The position numbers were made by a program, and so were the translations under genes. A DNA stretch of 64,000 nucleotides from Nitrosopumilus sp. (lineage in GTDB: Archaea; Thermoproteota; Nitrososphaeria; Nitrososphaerales; Nitrosopumilaceae), in contig OZ244650.1 in NCBI GenBank assembly GCA_965218785.1, forward strand, positions 192,001-256,000. The letters are read 5' to 3'. Position 1 is the first letter of the stretch. Every line of letters begins with the position of its first letter. A model generated the notes under the pieces. The model did not search any database. It was given only the letters and a program-made list of their open reading frames with translations, and was not told the DNA's origin. Shown here in pieces: positions 40,857-49,946 of the stretch.

Positions 40857-41453
40857 AATTTTTCTAAAATGTAATTTACCTCTGTATTTACAATTATCTG
40901 ATTGATTCTAATTTTGTAAAATTGTATCATTTTCACCTTTACTCGAGTTTTGATCATAGAAGTTACACGATTTAAAAGTTTAGGTTTTTGTGAAAAATCT
41001 ATTGATTCTACTCTTCCTGTGCGATTCAACATATGTATATTATAATTTACTAAGTAAAAAAGATTCCTTGTATAATGTCAAGAGGAATATTTAACCTCTA
41101 TCTAGGAATCACCAAATGTAATATATGGAAATTATGTCCTCCTAGTCATAGGTATCCATTTCCATCCATTTTGTATTCTTTTCTCTGATCATATCTGTGG
41201 CTTTTTGTCGGCAAATACCTTCAATGGTGTTTGATAATTGTCCGCGTCAAGTGAGAAATGAACTTTCATTCGTTGTAATATTTCACGTATGTCAGGCAAA
41301 GGAGAATACACGACAACTTCTAACACTCGATCTGATTTTTATCTGTCAAAACTTGTAATCTTGTCCCTGAGTTTACAGAATTTTGAGAGAAAATGAAATG
41401 TCTTTAAGAATTTAATGTAAAATTCTTCTACCTGTCAAAGATCGGGATATAAG

Positions 41454-41621
41454 TTATTTTCTACTAAGACGCCTTTCTTTTGTTTGACGGCTTCTACACT
41501 TTCTACACCATGATTGAACCATTTTGTATCCCTGATTATTTCTAATACCAAATCTTTCTACAACTTGATCCTCACCATGTGCCATCTTCCCACATTCAGG
41601 ACATTTAGCTTCATACAACAT
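41454..41621 (-). CDS. 55-aa zinc-finger microprotein (not in ORF track)
   Basis: MLYEAKCPECGKMAHGEDQVVERFGIRNNQGYKMVQSWCRKCRSRQTKERRLSRK*; two CxxC pairs. Confidence 0.75.
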   Translation of the reverse strand: MLYEAKCPECGKMAHGEDQVVERFGIRNNQGYKMVQSWCRKCRSRQTKERRLSRK

Positions 41622-41689
41622 TGTTAAAATATTATTGACTTTATGATATAAAATCCTTTTGCAAAAGGTTTAGATCGCTATTATTTACC

Positions 41690-41923
41690 ATGTCAAAGAT
41701 CTTGCAATCAAAAAAAGAGTATGAGATAGAACTCTGGATGGGATTTGAAAATAAAATCAAAGAGTGTTGTGTAATGTTCTTTGAATCAGCATGGAGACCA
41801 TCAATAAAGTATGAAATTAAGGAGTATAGTGAAACAATGCATATACTTACTAACAATGAAGGGGTTATTCTATGCCCTGATTGTTTAGTAACTATATGTG
41901 AAGAAAAAACGAAATTCAGATGA
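41690..41923 (+). CDS. Small Cys-containing hypothetical protein
   Basis: 77-aa ATG ORF with ECC and CPDC, divergent from the zinc-finger gene. Confidence 0.5.
   Translation: MSKILQSKKEYEIELWMGFENKIKECCVMFFESAWRPSIKYEIKEYSETMHILTNNEGVILCPDCLVTICEEKTKFR
41897..41921 (+). repeat. 25-bp direct repeat, copy 2
   Basis: Identical to 39950..39974. Confidence 0.85.
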
Positions 41924-42003
41924 TATTAGGAATACCCCATCTAGAAAAAATACAGTTTCCAAGAAAAAAATAAACAAAATCATTAGGAAAAAAAACAAAA
42001 TCT

Positions 42004-42190
42004 ATGACCTATGTTGGAATCGACCTGCATAAGGAATTCTCTAGGTAGAGGCAATGGATAATTATGGTGTATCCTGTTTAATGAAGATTCAAAACACACA
42101 AAATGATACATGCAATGCACTCCCCACCTGCTAATGGATTCAAAATATATCATCGAATCATAATTTGTATGATATTTGAAAATCTTTTCT
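42004..42190 (+). mobile_element. IS110-family transposase N-terminal remnant (pseudogene)
   Basis: MTYVGIDLHKEFS / VEAMDNYG / SKYIIES*FV*Y in shifted frames; GIDLHK and xES..W are DEDD RuvC-like motifs. Confidence 0.78.
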
Positions 42191-42220
42191 TGTCTGTGTG
42201 TTCTAATTTCTAGCAGACAT

Positions 42221-42640
42221 TCAAATGAATCCATCCTTTGCTTTCCTGATCTCTGATGGCAAATCATTAATCCCGCCCATGGATCTATATCCAAATGACT
42301 TTAATCTTACTTTTGATTCTGTACATGCCTTGGTAATACATTGTTCATAAAGCCTGTTGGCTCCTGCCTTGAAAAAAATTACCACATCATATTTTTCTAC
42401 AATTTTTTTGATTTCTGGTACTAATTCTTGGCATCTTTTCTCATCCATTATTCTGTCGTATGGCTGTATTGTTTTTTCGGCAGGAACAAGCCCATGTTCC
42501 GCACTTAGAATGAACATGTCAGTATCGTCTTTACGGTTGTAAACTGCCGTTATTCTTGATGATTTGTATAACCTCCATGCTGGAAGTTCTTCATCTCTTT
42601 TTTTATTCCCACATGAAGTAACGACTGAAATTTTTGTCAT
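42221..42640 (-). CDS. DUF6884-like protein
   Basis: SCGNKK..PAWRLY..ILSAEHGLV..IQPYD pattern; ATG overlaps the glycosylase TGA. Confidence 0.7.
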   Translation of the reverse strand: MTKISVVTSCGNKKRDEELPAWRLYKSSRITAVYNRKDDTDMFILSAEHGLVPAEKTIQPYDRIMDEKRCQELVPEIKKIVEKYDVVIFFKAGANRLYEQCITKACTESKVRLKSFGYRSMGGINDLPSEIRKAKDGFI

Positions 42641-43542
42641 TCTGGCAGTCTTGTATCTATCAGCGTACGTCCTTTTTGGTTTATTTGAATACTAGATGAT
42701 GGAATATTTGCCGTGCAGTATTTTTCCAGCCTGCACTGGTCTCTGACTGGACATGCCGCCCCATCTCTGTATTTCGTGCATCCGAGTCTGCTTAGATTCC
42801 ATAATGCCTCATCAAGTTCTAGTGGATAGTGCTCAGTCTTGTTACAGACATCAACCCAGGCCTGTTTTGCGTATTCTGTCAGCTTTGAGAAATCGTCTTC
42901 AAACGTGCCTGACAGACATCCGGTCATTATCGTTGCACGTGCGGTATGAATGTCTATTGGCATTGGCACTTTTTCCAGGTTTTTGAATCTGATCTTGGCT
43001 TCTTTGTAAAGCATTCTAATCCACAACGAGCGAATTTTTCCCGTTCCTGTTGAACCTGCAAGGTATGGAAAGTCTTTTCCATACTGTGTTTTCATTGCCG
43101 TGACAATCTGATGTGCGTCATAATCAAATCTTGCAAAAAGATTCCTGGGATCTCCGTCAAATAACTCTGCAAATGACTGTGCAATACTCCTCCAAATGCC
43201 AACATCTTTTTTTATTTTTTTACAAAGTTTGTATTTTGTCAGCGCCTCGCCAAGTTCTGCTGTCGTCTTTTTAATGACCTCCTTTGGGAAAAAAACCCAT
43301 CTGGTGTCTTTATCCTCCCACGATCTTCTTGCCGAATCCCACAGGTCGCTTGCAGAACGCTGATAGTCTATTGCTACAGTCATGGTAAGAAACATGATAT
43401 GTTCGTATGATCCAATGTCTATCCCATTTGGAATCTCCGATTCTGGAAGATCAGAACCTGAGAATATCCCGTCTTTTTTATCGTACCAATCCAAAATAAT
43501 ATCGATTACTTTTCTTGCATGCTCGATATTTGTAACTAGCAT
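42637..43542 (-). CDS. Divergent HhH-GPD superfamily DNA glycosylase/lyase with C-terminal four-Cys cluster
   Basis: FPYLAG..GKI (HhH), PIDIHTAR (catalytic Asp), LDEALW, C-x8-C-x5-C-x5-C. Confidence 0.75.
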   Translation of the reverse strand: MLVTNIEHARKVIDIILDWYDKKDGIFSGSDLPESEIPNGIDIGSYEHIMFLTMTVAIDYQRSASDLWDSARRSWEDKDTRWVFFPKEVIKKTTAELGEALTKYKLCKKIKKDVGIWRSIAQSFAELFDGDPRNLFARFDYDAHQIVTAMKTQYGKDFPYLAGSTGTGKIRSLWIRMLYKEAKIRFKNLEKVPMPIDIHTARATIMTGCLSGTFEDDFSKLTEYAKQAWVDVCNKTEHYPLELDEALWNLSRLGCTKYRDGAACPVRDQCRLEKYCTANIPSSSIQINQKGRTLIDTRLPE

Positions 43543-43791
43543 GTACTGGGTTACTCTTTCACATATATCAATATTGTAAGAAAATACCTTTGTGGTTATT
43601 GAGACTCGTGATAAATAATATCATTTACTACAATAACTATATTGGATTATACATAAATATAAAATCTCGATCAAAGAAATGAAATATGATATCTGTACAT
43701 CGTGAAAAGTTTAAGGCATTAGCAAAGCCTTTGAGTAGTTTTATTCCAGAAATTAAAAGGAATTAATATTTCAAATAATCTAAGATTTAAA

Positions 43792-44298
43792 TCAAAATTT
43801 GTTCTGTCCCATTTCTTCTTTTATTGATTGTAATTTTTCATATAATTTTTCTGCTTCGTTTAATGCAGAATTCACATTTAATTTTTTACCCAACCATGTA
43901 AATACCATATCAACACTAAATGAATCTGCTTGGAGATCTTTTCGGTTTATTTCTCTTACATGTCTTTTTTTACTATCAATTCCATAATCATACATATGTT
44001 CTCCCACATCACGCATGATTTTAAGATCAGGAATATTTCTATCGAATTCTTCAATCGCTTCACACATGTATTTTGAAATAGAATCTATTTTTGTTGCAAG
44101 GTTTACCATGTTTCGAAATCGGTATAAAGAAATTATAAAAAATTGTAAATCTATACAATATTTGAATTGAAAAGAATACTCCTCTGAACATGGTTTCTGT
44201 AAGCGATTTTTTTGTAATCTAACTGCACAAATGTATTCTCTGGATAAACTAATTGCTCTTTCCATAGTCGCACCATCAGATGGCTTATCATCCGTCAT
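43792..44298 (-). CDS. Hypothetical protein, putative HEPN-like RNase
   Basis: Helical 168 aa with R-x4-H motif (MRDVGEHMYDY). Confidence 0.55.
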   Translation of the reverse strand: MTDDKPSDGATMERAISLSREYICAVRLQKNRLQKPCSEEYSFQFKYCIDLQFFIISLYRFRNMVNLATKIDSISKYMCEAIEEFDRNIPDLKIMRDVGEHMYDYGIDSKKRHVREINRKDLQADSFSVDMVFTWLGKKLNVNSALNEAEKLYEKLQSIKEEMGQNKF

Positions 44299-44329
44299 GT
44301 GTTTTTAGAATTCTTATTTCGTTTATTTA

Positions 44330-44728
44330 TTTATTCATTAATCACTTTATTACAATACTATTCAATAGAATTTATGCGTATCCATGTGCGATCCTAATAA
44401 ATATTTCATGCAATATCCGAACATAGAGTATGGTCTACGCTAGAGATGTACTGCAAACCAAAGATGAAATTGGACACGTATCCATTCGGGGCTCACCCCC
44501 AGTACCATTCTTCATCCATTTGTCAGGTAAAATCACAGCTAATCAACGAGGTATAATCCCCAACGCATAAAACGCGTTCATATTCCTAATTATAATGTCT
44601 TCAAATTTATGAACCTGTGTCAACTTTGACATGCGACAAATTCCCTCTTCTTTTAGCATCCAGTATATGACACGCAGCATCTTTGATGCAGTAGCCACTA
44701 CAGTCTTTGATGTACCAACCCATACCAA
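44330..44728 (-). mobile_element. IS110-family transposase C-terminal remnant plus downstream non-coding end
   Basis: GTSKTVVATASKMLRVIYWMLKE is a typical IS110 C-terminal helix; followed by GC-rich hairpins. Confidence 0.72.
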
Positions 44729-44745
44729 CTAGAATATTTTACTAA

Positions 44746-44964
44746 TCAGATTTCCTTAATTTCCGTAATCGTACCCAGCACGGAATCCATCCGGATTACA
44801 GCTTTTTTCTCCCCCCATCCTAGTGCAACATACCAATCGCCTGCATCATCATGATACTTTGTCTCCAGCGTCTTGATATCCTCCAGTTTAACATCATATT
44901 TTTTGGCAATTCCTGAAATTCCCAGAGCAACCGCATCTTTTTCCTTTTCAAGACGTCTTTTCAT
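44746..44964 (-). CDS. Small hypothetical protein (PepSY-like pattern)
   Basis: MKRRLEKEKDAVALG..WYVALG..IRMDSVLGTITEIKEI; host-like composition. Confidence 0.7.
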   Translation of the reverse strand: MKRRLEKEKDAVALGISGIAKKYDVKLEDIKTLETKYHDDAGDWYVALGWGEKKAVIRMDSVLGTITEIKEI

Positions 44965-45100
44965 CAGACCTATCCCCGGACTCATACACACCCCACAACG
45001 CCTCATCTAATATAGTTAATTCAAAAATTAGCCATAATGTCGAATTTTTCTAATTGATACCATTACAACATTTCAAATAGTCCCAAACCATAGAAACAAA

Positions 45101-45694
45101 ATGAAGCTGATTCAAAGACTTTCAAATTCCACACTTGCAAAACCATCCACCCTCGTCCTACTCGTATCCATCCTGGCAGTAATCGGCCCCATCGTGATCG
45201 TTTCTGCAGGATTCTGGGATGCAATCTCCCACCTTCAAAATGAACCTGAATTCTTTTGGAGTCCCTCGCACATCATAGTATACTTTGGAGTTTCAATGAC
45301 TAGCTGTGCTGCAATCATGGGTGGCATGCTAATAATTAAAAAATCAGTCCACGGCTCACTTAAAACCGGAATCAAGCTAGTCATTGCAGGTTCCATCCTA
45401 CAAACCGTTTCCGGATTTGCAGACTCGGTATCCCATGATCTCTTTGGAATTGACGGACTGGTATCCTGGTCTCACCAGCCACTTGAATTCGGACTGGTCC
45501 TTGCATCACTGGGGGCAGTCTTGATAATAAAAAACAGGGAGCACACACGACTCAAAGCATTTCTTCCATTCTCAATTGTCGCATTTTTGTTTTTCACAAC
45601 GTGGCTTGTATTCAACCTAATACTGATCTTCGGACATGTCATCCAGTGTATTCCAGTCTATGAAATATTCTCATCAGGCTGCTCCATACTATAA
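45101..45694 (+). CDS. Membrane protein with two D-x3-H-x12-H motifs
   Basis: WDAISHLQNEPEFFWSPSH and ADSVSHDLFGIDGLVSWSH among about 5 TM helices. Confidence 0.8.
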   Translation: MKLIQRLSNSTLAKPSTLVLLVSILAVIGPIVIVSAGFWDAISHLQNEPEFFWSPSHIIVYFGVSMTSCAAIMGGMLIIKKSVHGSLKTGIKLVIAGSILQTVSGFADSVSHDLFGIDGLVSWSHQPLEFGLVLASLGAVLIIKNREHTRLKAFLPFSIVAFLFFTTWLVFNLILIFGHVIQCIPVYEIFSSGCSIL

Positions 45695-46149
45695 TTTTTT
45701 ATTCTCAGATACGACATTACCATCATAGTTACAACCCCCACCAGTATCAAAATACCCGCAACAGTCATTTCTTTGGAATTTGTATTGCCAAACTCTAACT
45801 GCAAATCAACCGGGTTTTCTGAAATGTTTGCAATTTTTGCAGTGTACACCCCGTCTTTATCAAAATTAAAATATCCGACTGACATCTTTGTCTGGATTCT
45901 CTCCTCTTGGATCACGTTGCCCTTTACATCCAATATCTGGATAAATACCGCCTCACCTGCAAACTCTGGCATGTACACCCTGTAAAACCCAATGTCCGTC
46001 CCAGTAAATTCCAAATCCAGCTCAAAAGAGTTCGTCTCTTTTAACAAAACCACGCCATCTGTCTTTTCAATCTCTACAAAAATAAATGAAATCCAGATAA
46101 TTCCGACTAGCACCAGCCCCAACCCCAATTTGAATAAAGATACCTTCAC
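45658..46149 (-). CDS. Hypothetical membrane protein (N- and C-terminal TM, beta-rich middle)
   Basis: 163-aa ORF, hydrophobic ends. Confidence 0.75.
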   Translation of the reverse strand: MKVSLFKLGLGLVLVGIIWISFIFVEIEKTDGVVLLKETNSFELDLEFTGTDIGFYRVYMPEFAGEAVFIQILDVKGNVIQEERIQTKMSVGYFNFDKDGVYTAKIANISENPVDLQLEFGNTNSKEMTVAGILILVGVVTMMVMSYLRIKNYSMEQPDENIS

Positions 46150-46190
46150 TTCATCATAATGCCAAACTGTTTACCTAATAAGATATCTAA

Positions 46191-46265
46191 AGGGCTCGGA
46201 GGGCTTCGATCCCTCGACCTGGCGGTCCGAAGCCGCCCGCACTATCCAGGCTGTGCAACGAGTCC
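46191..46265 (-). tRNA. tRNA-Arg (anticodon TCG)
   Basis: GGACTCG acceptor, GGCGG-CTTCGGA-CCGCC anticodon arm, GAGGG-ATCGAAG-CCCTC T arm; no intron, CCA not encoded. Confidence 0.93.
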
Positions 46266-46633
46266 AAAGAAACAGGATTTTAACAGACCTAAATATCTGT
46301 CTAGATCGTCTTTGAATGTTTTTTTGGATGACGTCTTGGATCTCATCTGGTGGGAATGATGCTGTAACTAAATTCAAAAACAACCCTATACATCAAAAAC
46401 CCTTCCAGAAAACTGATAATTGAGGTATGATGTTTGGTTGGAACTTCACACACTTGGAATCTTGTTCCTGCCAAACTTGCAGTTAATTCTGAAAAGACAC
46501 ATACGGTCTCTACCCGTAAGACGCAAAATCATAGCAACCCGAAAACGGATCCCCATTACAGATCAACTAACAAAACCCAACTGCTTTTAAAATAAATGTG
46601 GTCATTATATACTAGTTTTTGAGTAGATAAAAC

Positions 46634-47611
46634 ATGTCACAAATCCGGTTTGCCATTCCCAAAGGAAGCCTAGAGGAGGCCACCTTCAAACTACTAGAAA
46701 GATCCTGGACCAGAGTCAACCGGAAAAGCAGAACTTATCGCGTCTACTTGGATGATCCAAAGATCATAGTCAAGATGCTTCGCCCCCAGGAGATCCCAAC
46801 CCTGGTTGCAGAGGGACTATACGACGTGGGCATCACAGGAAAAGACTGGGTTGGAGAAACCAATGCAGACGTAGAGCCGATCCTGGATCTGGAATATGGC
46901 AAAATCAGACTGGTAATAGCATTCCCAGACAAGTATCGCTACAAAAATCTTGATGAAATGATTGCAGACTATGGCAAAAAGAAAAAAACACTTCGCATAT
47001 CCTCGGAATACCTTATCACCGCATCCAAATTTCTAAAAAACTCAAAATCCTACAAAAAATATTACGGCTCTAAAGATCCGCTGATTGTAACACCATGGGT
47101 TCGACTGGGAACCAACAAAAACGTCCAGATCCACCTCTCATTTGGCGCAACTGAGGCAAAGCCCCCAGAAGATGTGGATGCAATCATGGATGTTACTGAA
47201 ACCGGAACAACTCTAAAGCAGAACAAGCTAAAGATAGTCGATACGGTACTCACCTCCACTGCACACCTGATTGCAAATAAAAAGTCATTAAAGGATCCAA
47301 ACAAGCGCGAGAAAATATTTGACGTTCTAACCCTGATGCGAGGCGCAGTCAACGGCAGAAAATACCTGCACGTCTATCTGAATGTAGAGGAGAAAAACCT
47401 AAAAAAACTTTTAACACAGATGCCCTCCCTGAAAAGACCCACGATAAGCCCGCTTAGCGAACCTGGGTGGTTTGGAGTAAACACGGTCGTCAAAAAGGAT
47501 CAGTTCCACAAACTCATTCCAAAACTAAGAAAGATTGCCCAGGGTCTCGTGGTTCATGAACCGCGGCAGATTCTAGAGCTCGAGGAGATAAAGCGTGACG
47601 AAGAGAATTGA
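46634..47611 (+). CDS. hisG: ATP phosphoribosyltransferase
   Basis: AIPKGSL, LRPQEIP, GITGKD, GATE, DVTETGTTL, PTISPL. Confidence 0.96.
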   Translation: MSQIRFAIPKGSLEEATFKLLERSWTRVNRKSRTYRVYLDDPKIIVKMLRPQEIPTLVAEGLYDVGITGKDWVGETNADVEPILDLEYGKIRLVIAFPDKYRYKNLDEMIADYGKKKKTLRISSEYLITASKFLKNSKSYKKYYGSKDPLIVTPWVRLGTNKNVQIHLSFGATEAKPPEDVDAIMDVTETGTTLKQNKLKIVDTVLTSTAHLIANKKSLKDPNKREKIFDVLTLMRGAVNGRKYLHVYLNVEEKNLKKLLTQMPSLKRPTISPLSEPGWFGVNTVVKKDQFHKLIPKLRKIAQGLVVHEPRQILELEEIKRDEEN

Positions 47612-48879
47612 TGAGAATAATCAAAGTAACCAACGTTGAAAAATTTGCAGCTAGGGCAGTCCGGAGACTGCCTCAAAAAAAAACCACGGTTGAATCCATC
47701 CTAAAAAACGTCAAAAAAGACGGCGATAAGGCGATTCGGAGATACGAGAAGATGTTTGGCGGGGTAAACATCTCCTCGTTGCGTGTATCCCAATCTGAGA
47801 TCAAAGATGCGTACTCCAAAGTTTCAAAGACCCAGCTTGACGCACTACACTCTGCAAAAGCCAGACTCGAAAAAACAGAATACGCGATAAAGTCGCTTTT
47901 AAAAAATGTAACAATCAATAATGCCGGAGTTAAAATCTCCAAAAGATTCACCCCGATTCAAAGTATTGGCTGTTATGTTCCAGGAGGATTGGCACGGTAC
48001 CCAAGCTCCGTAATAATGTCTGCTGTTCCCGCCCGGATTGCCGGCGTTAAAAGAATCGTTGCCGTGTCTCCTCCGAATTCAGAGGGTGGAATTGATCCGA
48101 TGACCATCGTTGCAGCAGATATCTGCGGCGTTAACGAGATTTACAAGACTGGCGGTGCCCAGGCAATTGCCGGGCTGTGTTACGGCACAAGAACCATCCC
48201 CAAGGTTGATAAAATCGTCGGTCCGGGGGGATCATTTGTTACTGCTGCAAAGTCCATGATAAGTAGTCAGACTGGAATCGACATGCTTGCAGGTCCTACC
48301 GAACTGGGGGTAATGGCAGACAACACGGCTGATCCAAACTATATCGCATTGGATCTCATCTCTCAGGCAGAACACAGCGGCGATACCCTGTGTTATCTAA
48401 TCACAACCTCCAAAAGACTTGCAGAATCAGTCAGGGATGCGGTCTCTGAGATACTGCCAGAAATTCAAAGAAGAGCCATCGTATCATCGAGTCTGAAAAA
48501 TAACGGCTTTATTGCAATCTGTAAAAATAGTTCTGATATGATCCGACTGGCAAACATCCTGGCCCCCGAACACCTGCAGATAATGACAAAAAACGCAGAA
48601 TCCGTCTCCTCAAAAATTACCACGTCCGGTCTGGTTCTGATTGGGCATTACTGCCCGTCATCTGCCAGTGACTACATCTTTGGATCAAACCACGTCTTGC
48701 CTACCGGCGGCTTTGGAAGAATCCGCGGCTCACTTTCAGTACTGGACTTTGTAAAGATAAACACGCAGGTAACCTCGTCTAAATCCTCGCTGTTGAGAAT
48801 CTCAAAACATCTTGAGGTCTTGACAGAATCCGAGGGACTACCAAACCATTACGAGGCAGTAAAAGGCAGGTTGAAATGA
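47611..48879 (+). CDS. hisD: Histidinol dehydrogenase
   Basis: YVPGG, GGAQA, IDMLAGPTE, SQAEH, APEHL, GSNHVLPT; alternative TTG start at 47608. Confidence 0.96.
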   Translation: MRIIKVTNVEKFAARAVRRLPQKKTTVESILKNVKKDGDKAIRRYEKMFGGVNISSLRVSQSEIKDAYSKVSKTQLDALHSAKARLEKTEYAIKSLLKNVTINNAGVKISKRFTPIQSIGCYVPGGLARYPSSVIMSAVPARIAGVKRIVAVSPPNSEGGIDPMTIVAADICGVNEIYKTGGAQAIAGLCYGTRTIPKVDKIVGPGGSFVTAAKSMISSQTGIDMLAGPTELGVMADNTADPNYIALDLISQAEHSGDTLCYLITTSKRLAESVRDAVSEILPEIQRRAIVSSSLKNNGFIAICKNSSDMIRLANILAPEHLQIMTKNAESVSSKITTSGLVLIGHYCPSSASDYIFGSNHVLPTGGFGRIRGSLSVLDFVKINTQVTSSKSSLLRISKHLEVLTESEGLPNHYEAVKGRLK

Positions 48880-49946
48880 AAAAAAACTGGTTTGCTGAGA
48901 GAATACAAAAACTCTCGTCTGTTGGCGGCTATCAAAAGCCCGAATTCAATCAGAATTCACTAAAGCTTGACTCCAATGAAAACTATGTAATTCCAAAGCA
49001 GTTTCAAAATGATATAATATCTTCTGCAAGAAAAAACTCCGATGTAAGGCAGTATCCGCTTGGCGGGGCAGAACAGCTAATCAAAAGCATATCCAAGTAC
49101 ATCGGGATGCCTCCCTCAATGGTTGGGGTTGGCAACGGCTCTGATCAGATTCTGGATCTGATACTATGTAATTTTGCATCAGAAAAGACCCGCATCCTCA
49201 CATCTGATCCCACCTTTGGATTTTTCGAGGAACGATGCAAACTGTATTCTGTTCCCCTAAATACGGTCCCATTCTCACATGAGATGAAACTAGATGTCAT
49301 GGATTTTATCAATAAATCTGAAAATGCGGATATTCTCTACCTTGACTCCCCGAATAACCCCACCGGATTTCAATTCTCAAAAATCGAATTACAGAAATTA
49401 ATAAGATCTTTTGACGGACTAGTAATAATTGACGAGGCATACGGGGAGTTTGCAGATCATACCATCTTACCAATGGTGAAAACCCAAAAAAACCTGGTTG
49501 TAATACGGACCCTCTCCAAATCGTTTGGTCTGGCAGGTCTCAGACTCGGATACTTTGCTGCAAGCAAGAATTTCACTGATGCGTTTATGAACGTCCTGCA
49601 GTATCCGTATCCCGTTAGTACCATAACGATCGAGTCTGGAATTCTGGCCTTGGAGAGATCAAAGATCATAAAAGATGCCATCCACCTCGTCAAAATTGAG
49701 AGAAAAAGAATTATTGAGACCCTGCAAAAGCACGGCGCCTTTGAGGTATTTGACTCCAATGCCAACTTTGTATTGTTTGATGCACACGGGGCATACAAAC
49801 GAATTTACGCCGCATTACTTGAACAGGGCATCTCTATTCGAAAACTGGGGAGGATAGGAAAACATGAAGGATGTCTTAGGGTGACGGTTGGAACAAAAGA
49901 GATGAACTCGAAATTTCTCCTGGCTGTGCGTGATCTGCTGGAATGA
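48876..49946 (+). CDS. hisC: Histidinol-phosphate aminotransferase
   Basis: LDSNEN, GNGSDQ, SPNNPTG, DEAY, RTLSKSFGLAGLRLG. Confidence 0.95.
   Translation: MKKNWFAERIQKLSSVGGYQKPEFNQNSLKLDSNENYVIPKQFQNDIISSARKNSDVRQYPLGGAEQLIKSISKYIGMPPSMVGVGNGSDQILDLILCNFASEKTRILTSDPTFGFFEERCKLYSVPLNTVPFSHEMKLDVMDFINKSENADILYLDSPNNPTGFQFSKIELQKLIRSFDGLVIIDEAYGEFADHTILPMVKTQKNLVVIRTLSKSFGLAGLRLGYFAASKNFTDAFMNVLQYPYPVSTITIESGILALERSKIIKDAIHLVKIERKRIIETLQKHGAFEVFDSNANFVLFDAHGAYKRIYAALLEQGISIRKLGRIGKHEGCLRVTVGTKEMNSKFLLAVRDLLE

Noticed and set aside
41983-42294. 103-aa minus-strand ORF
   Set aside because: Antisense to the IS110 N-terminal remnant and overlaps the DUF6884-like gene out of frame
45101-45694. 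Calling this gene amoC
   Set aside because: Shares only the metal-motif spacing; lacks recognisable overall AmoC sequence, and no amoA/amoB nearby
38530-46265. Island integrated at tRNA-Arg with a duplicated 3' end
   Set aside because: No second copy of the tRNA 3' end was noticed, and three host-like genes separate the tRNA from the island
46159-46383. ORFs 46159..46359 and 46171..46383
   Set aside because: Overlap the tRNA-Arg gene; spurious
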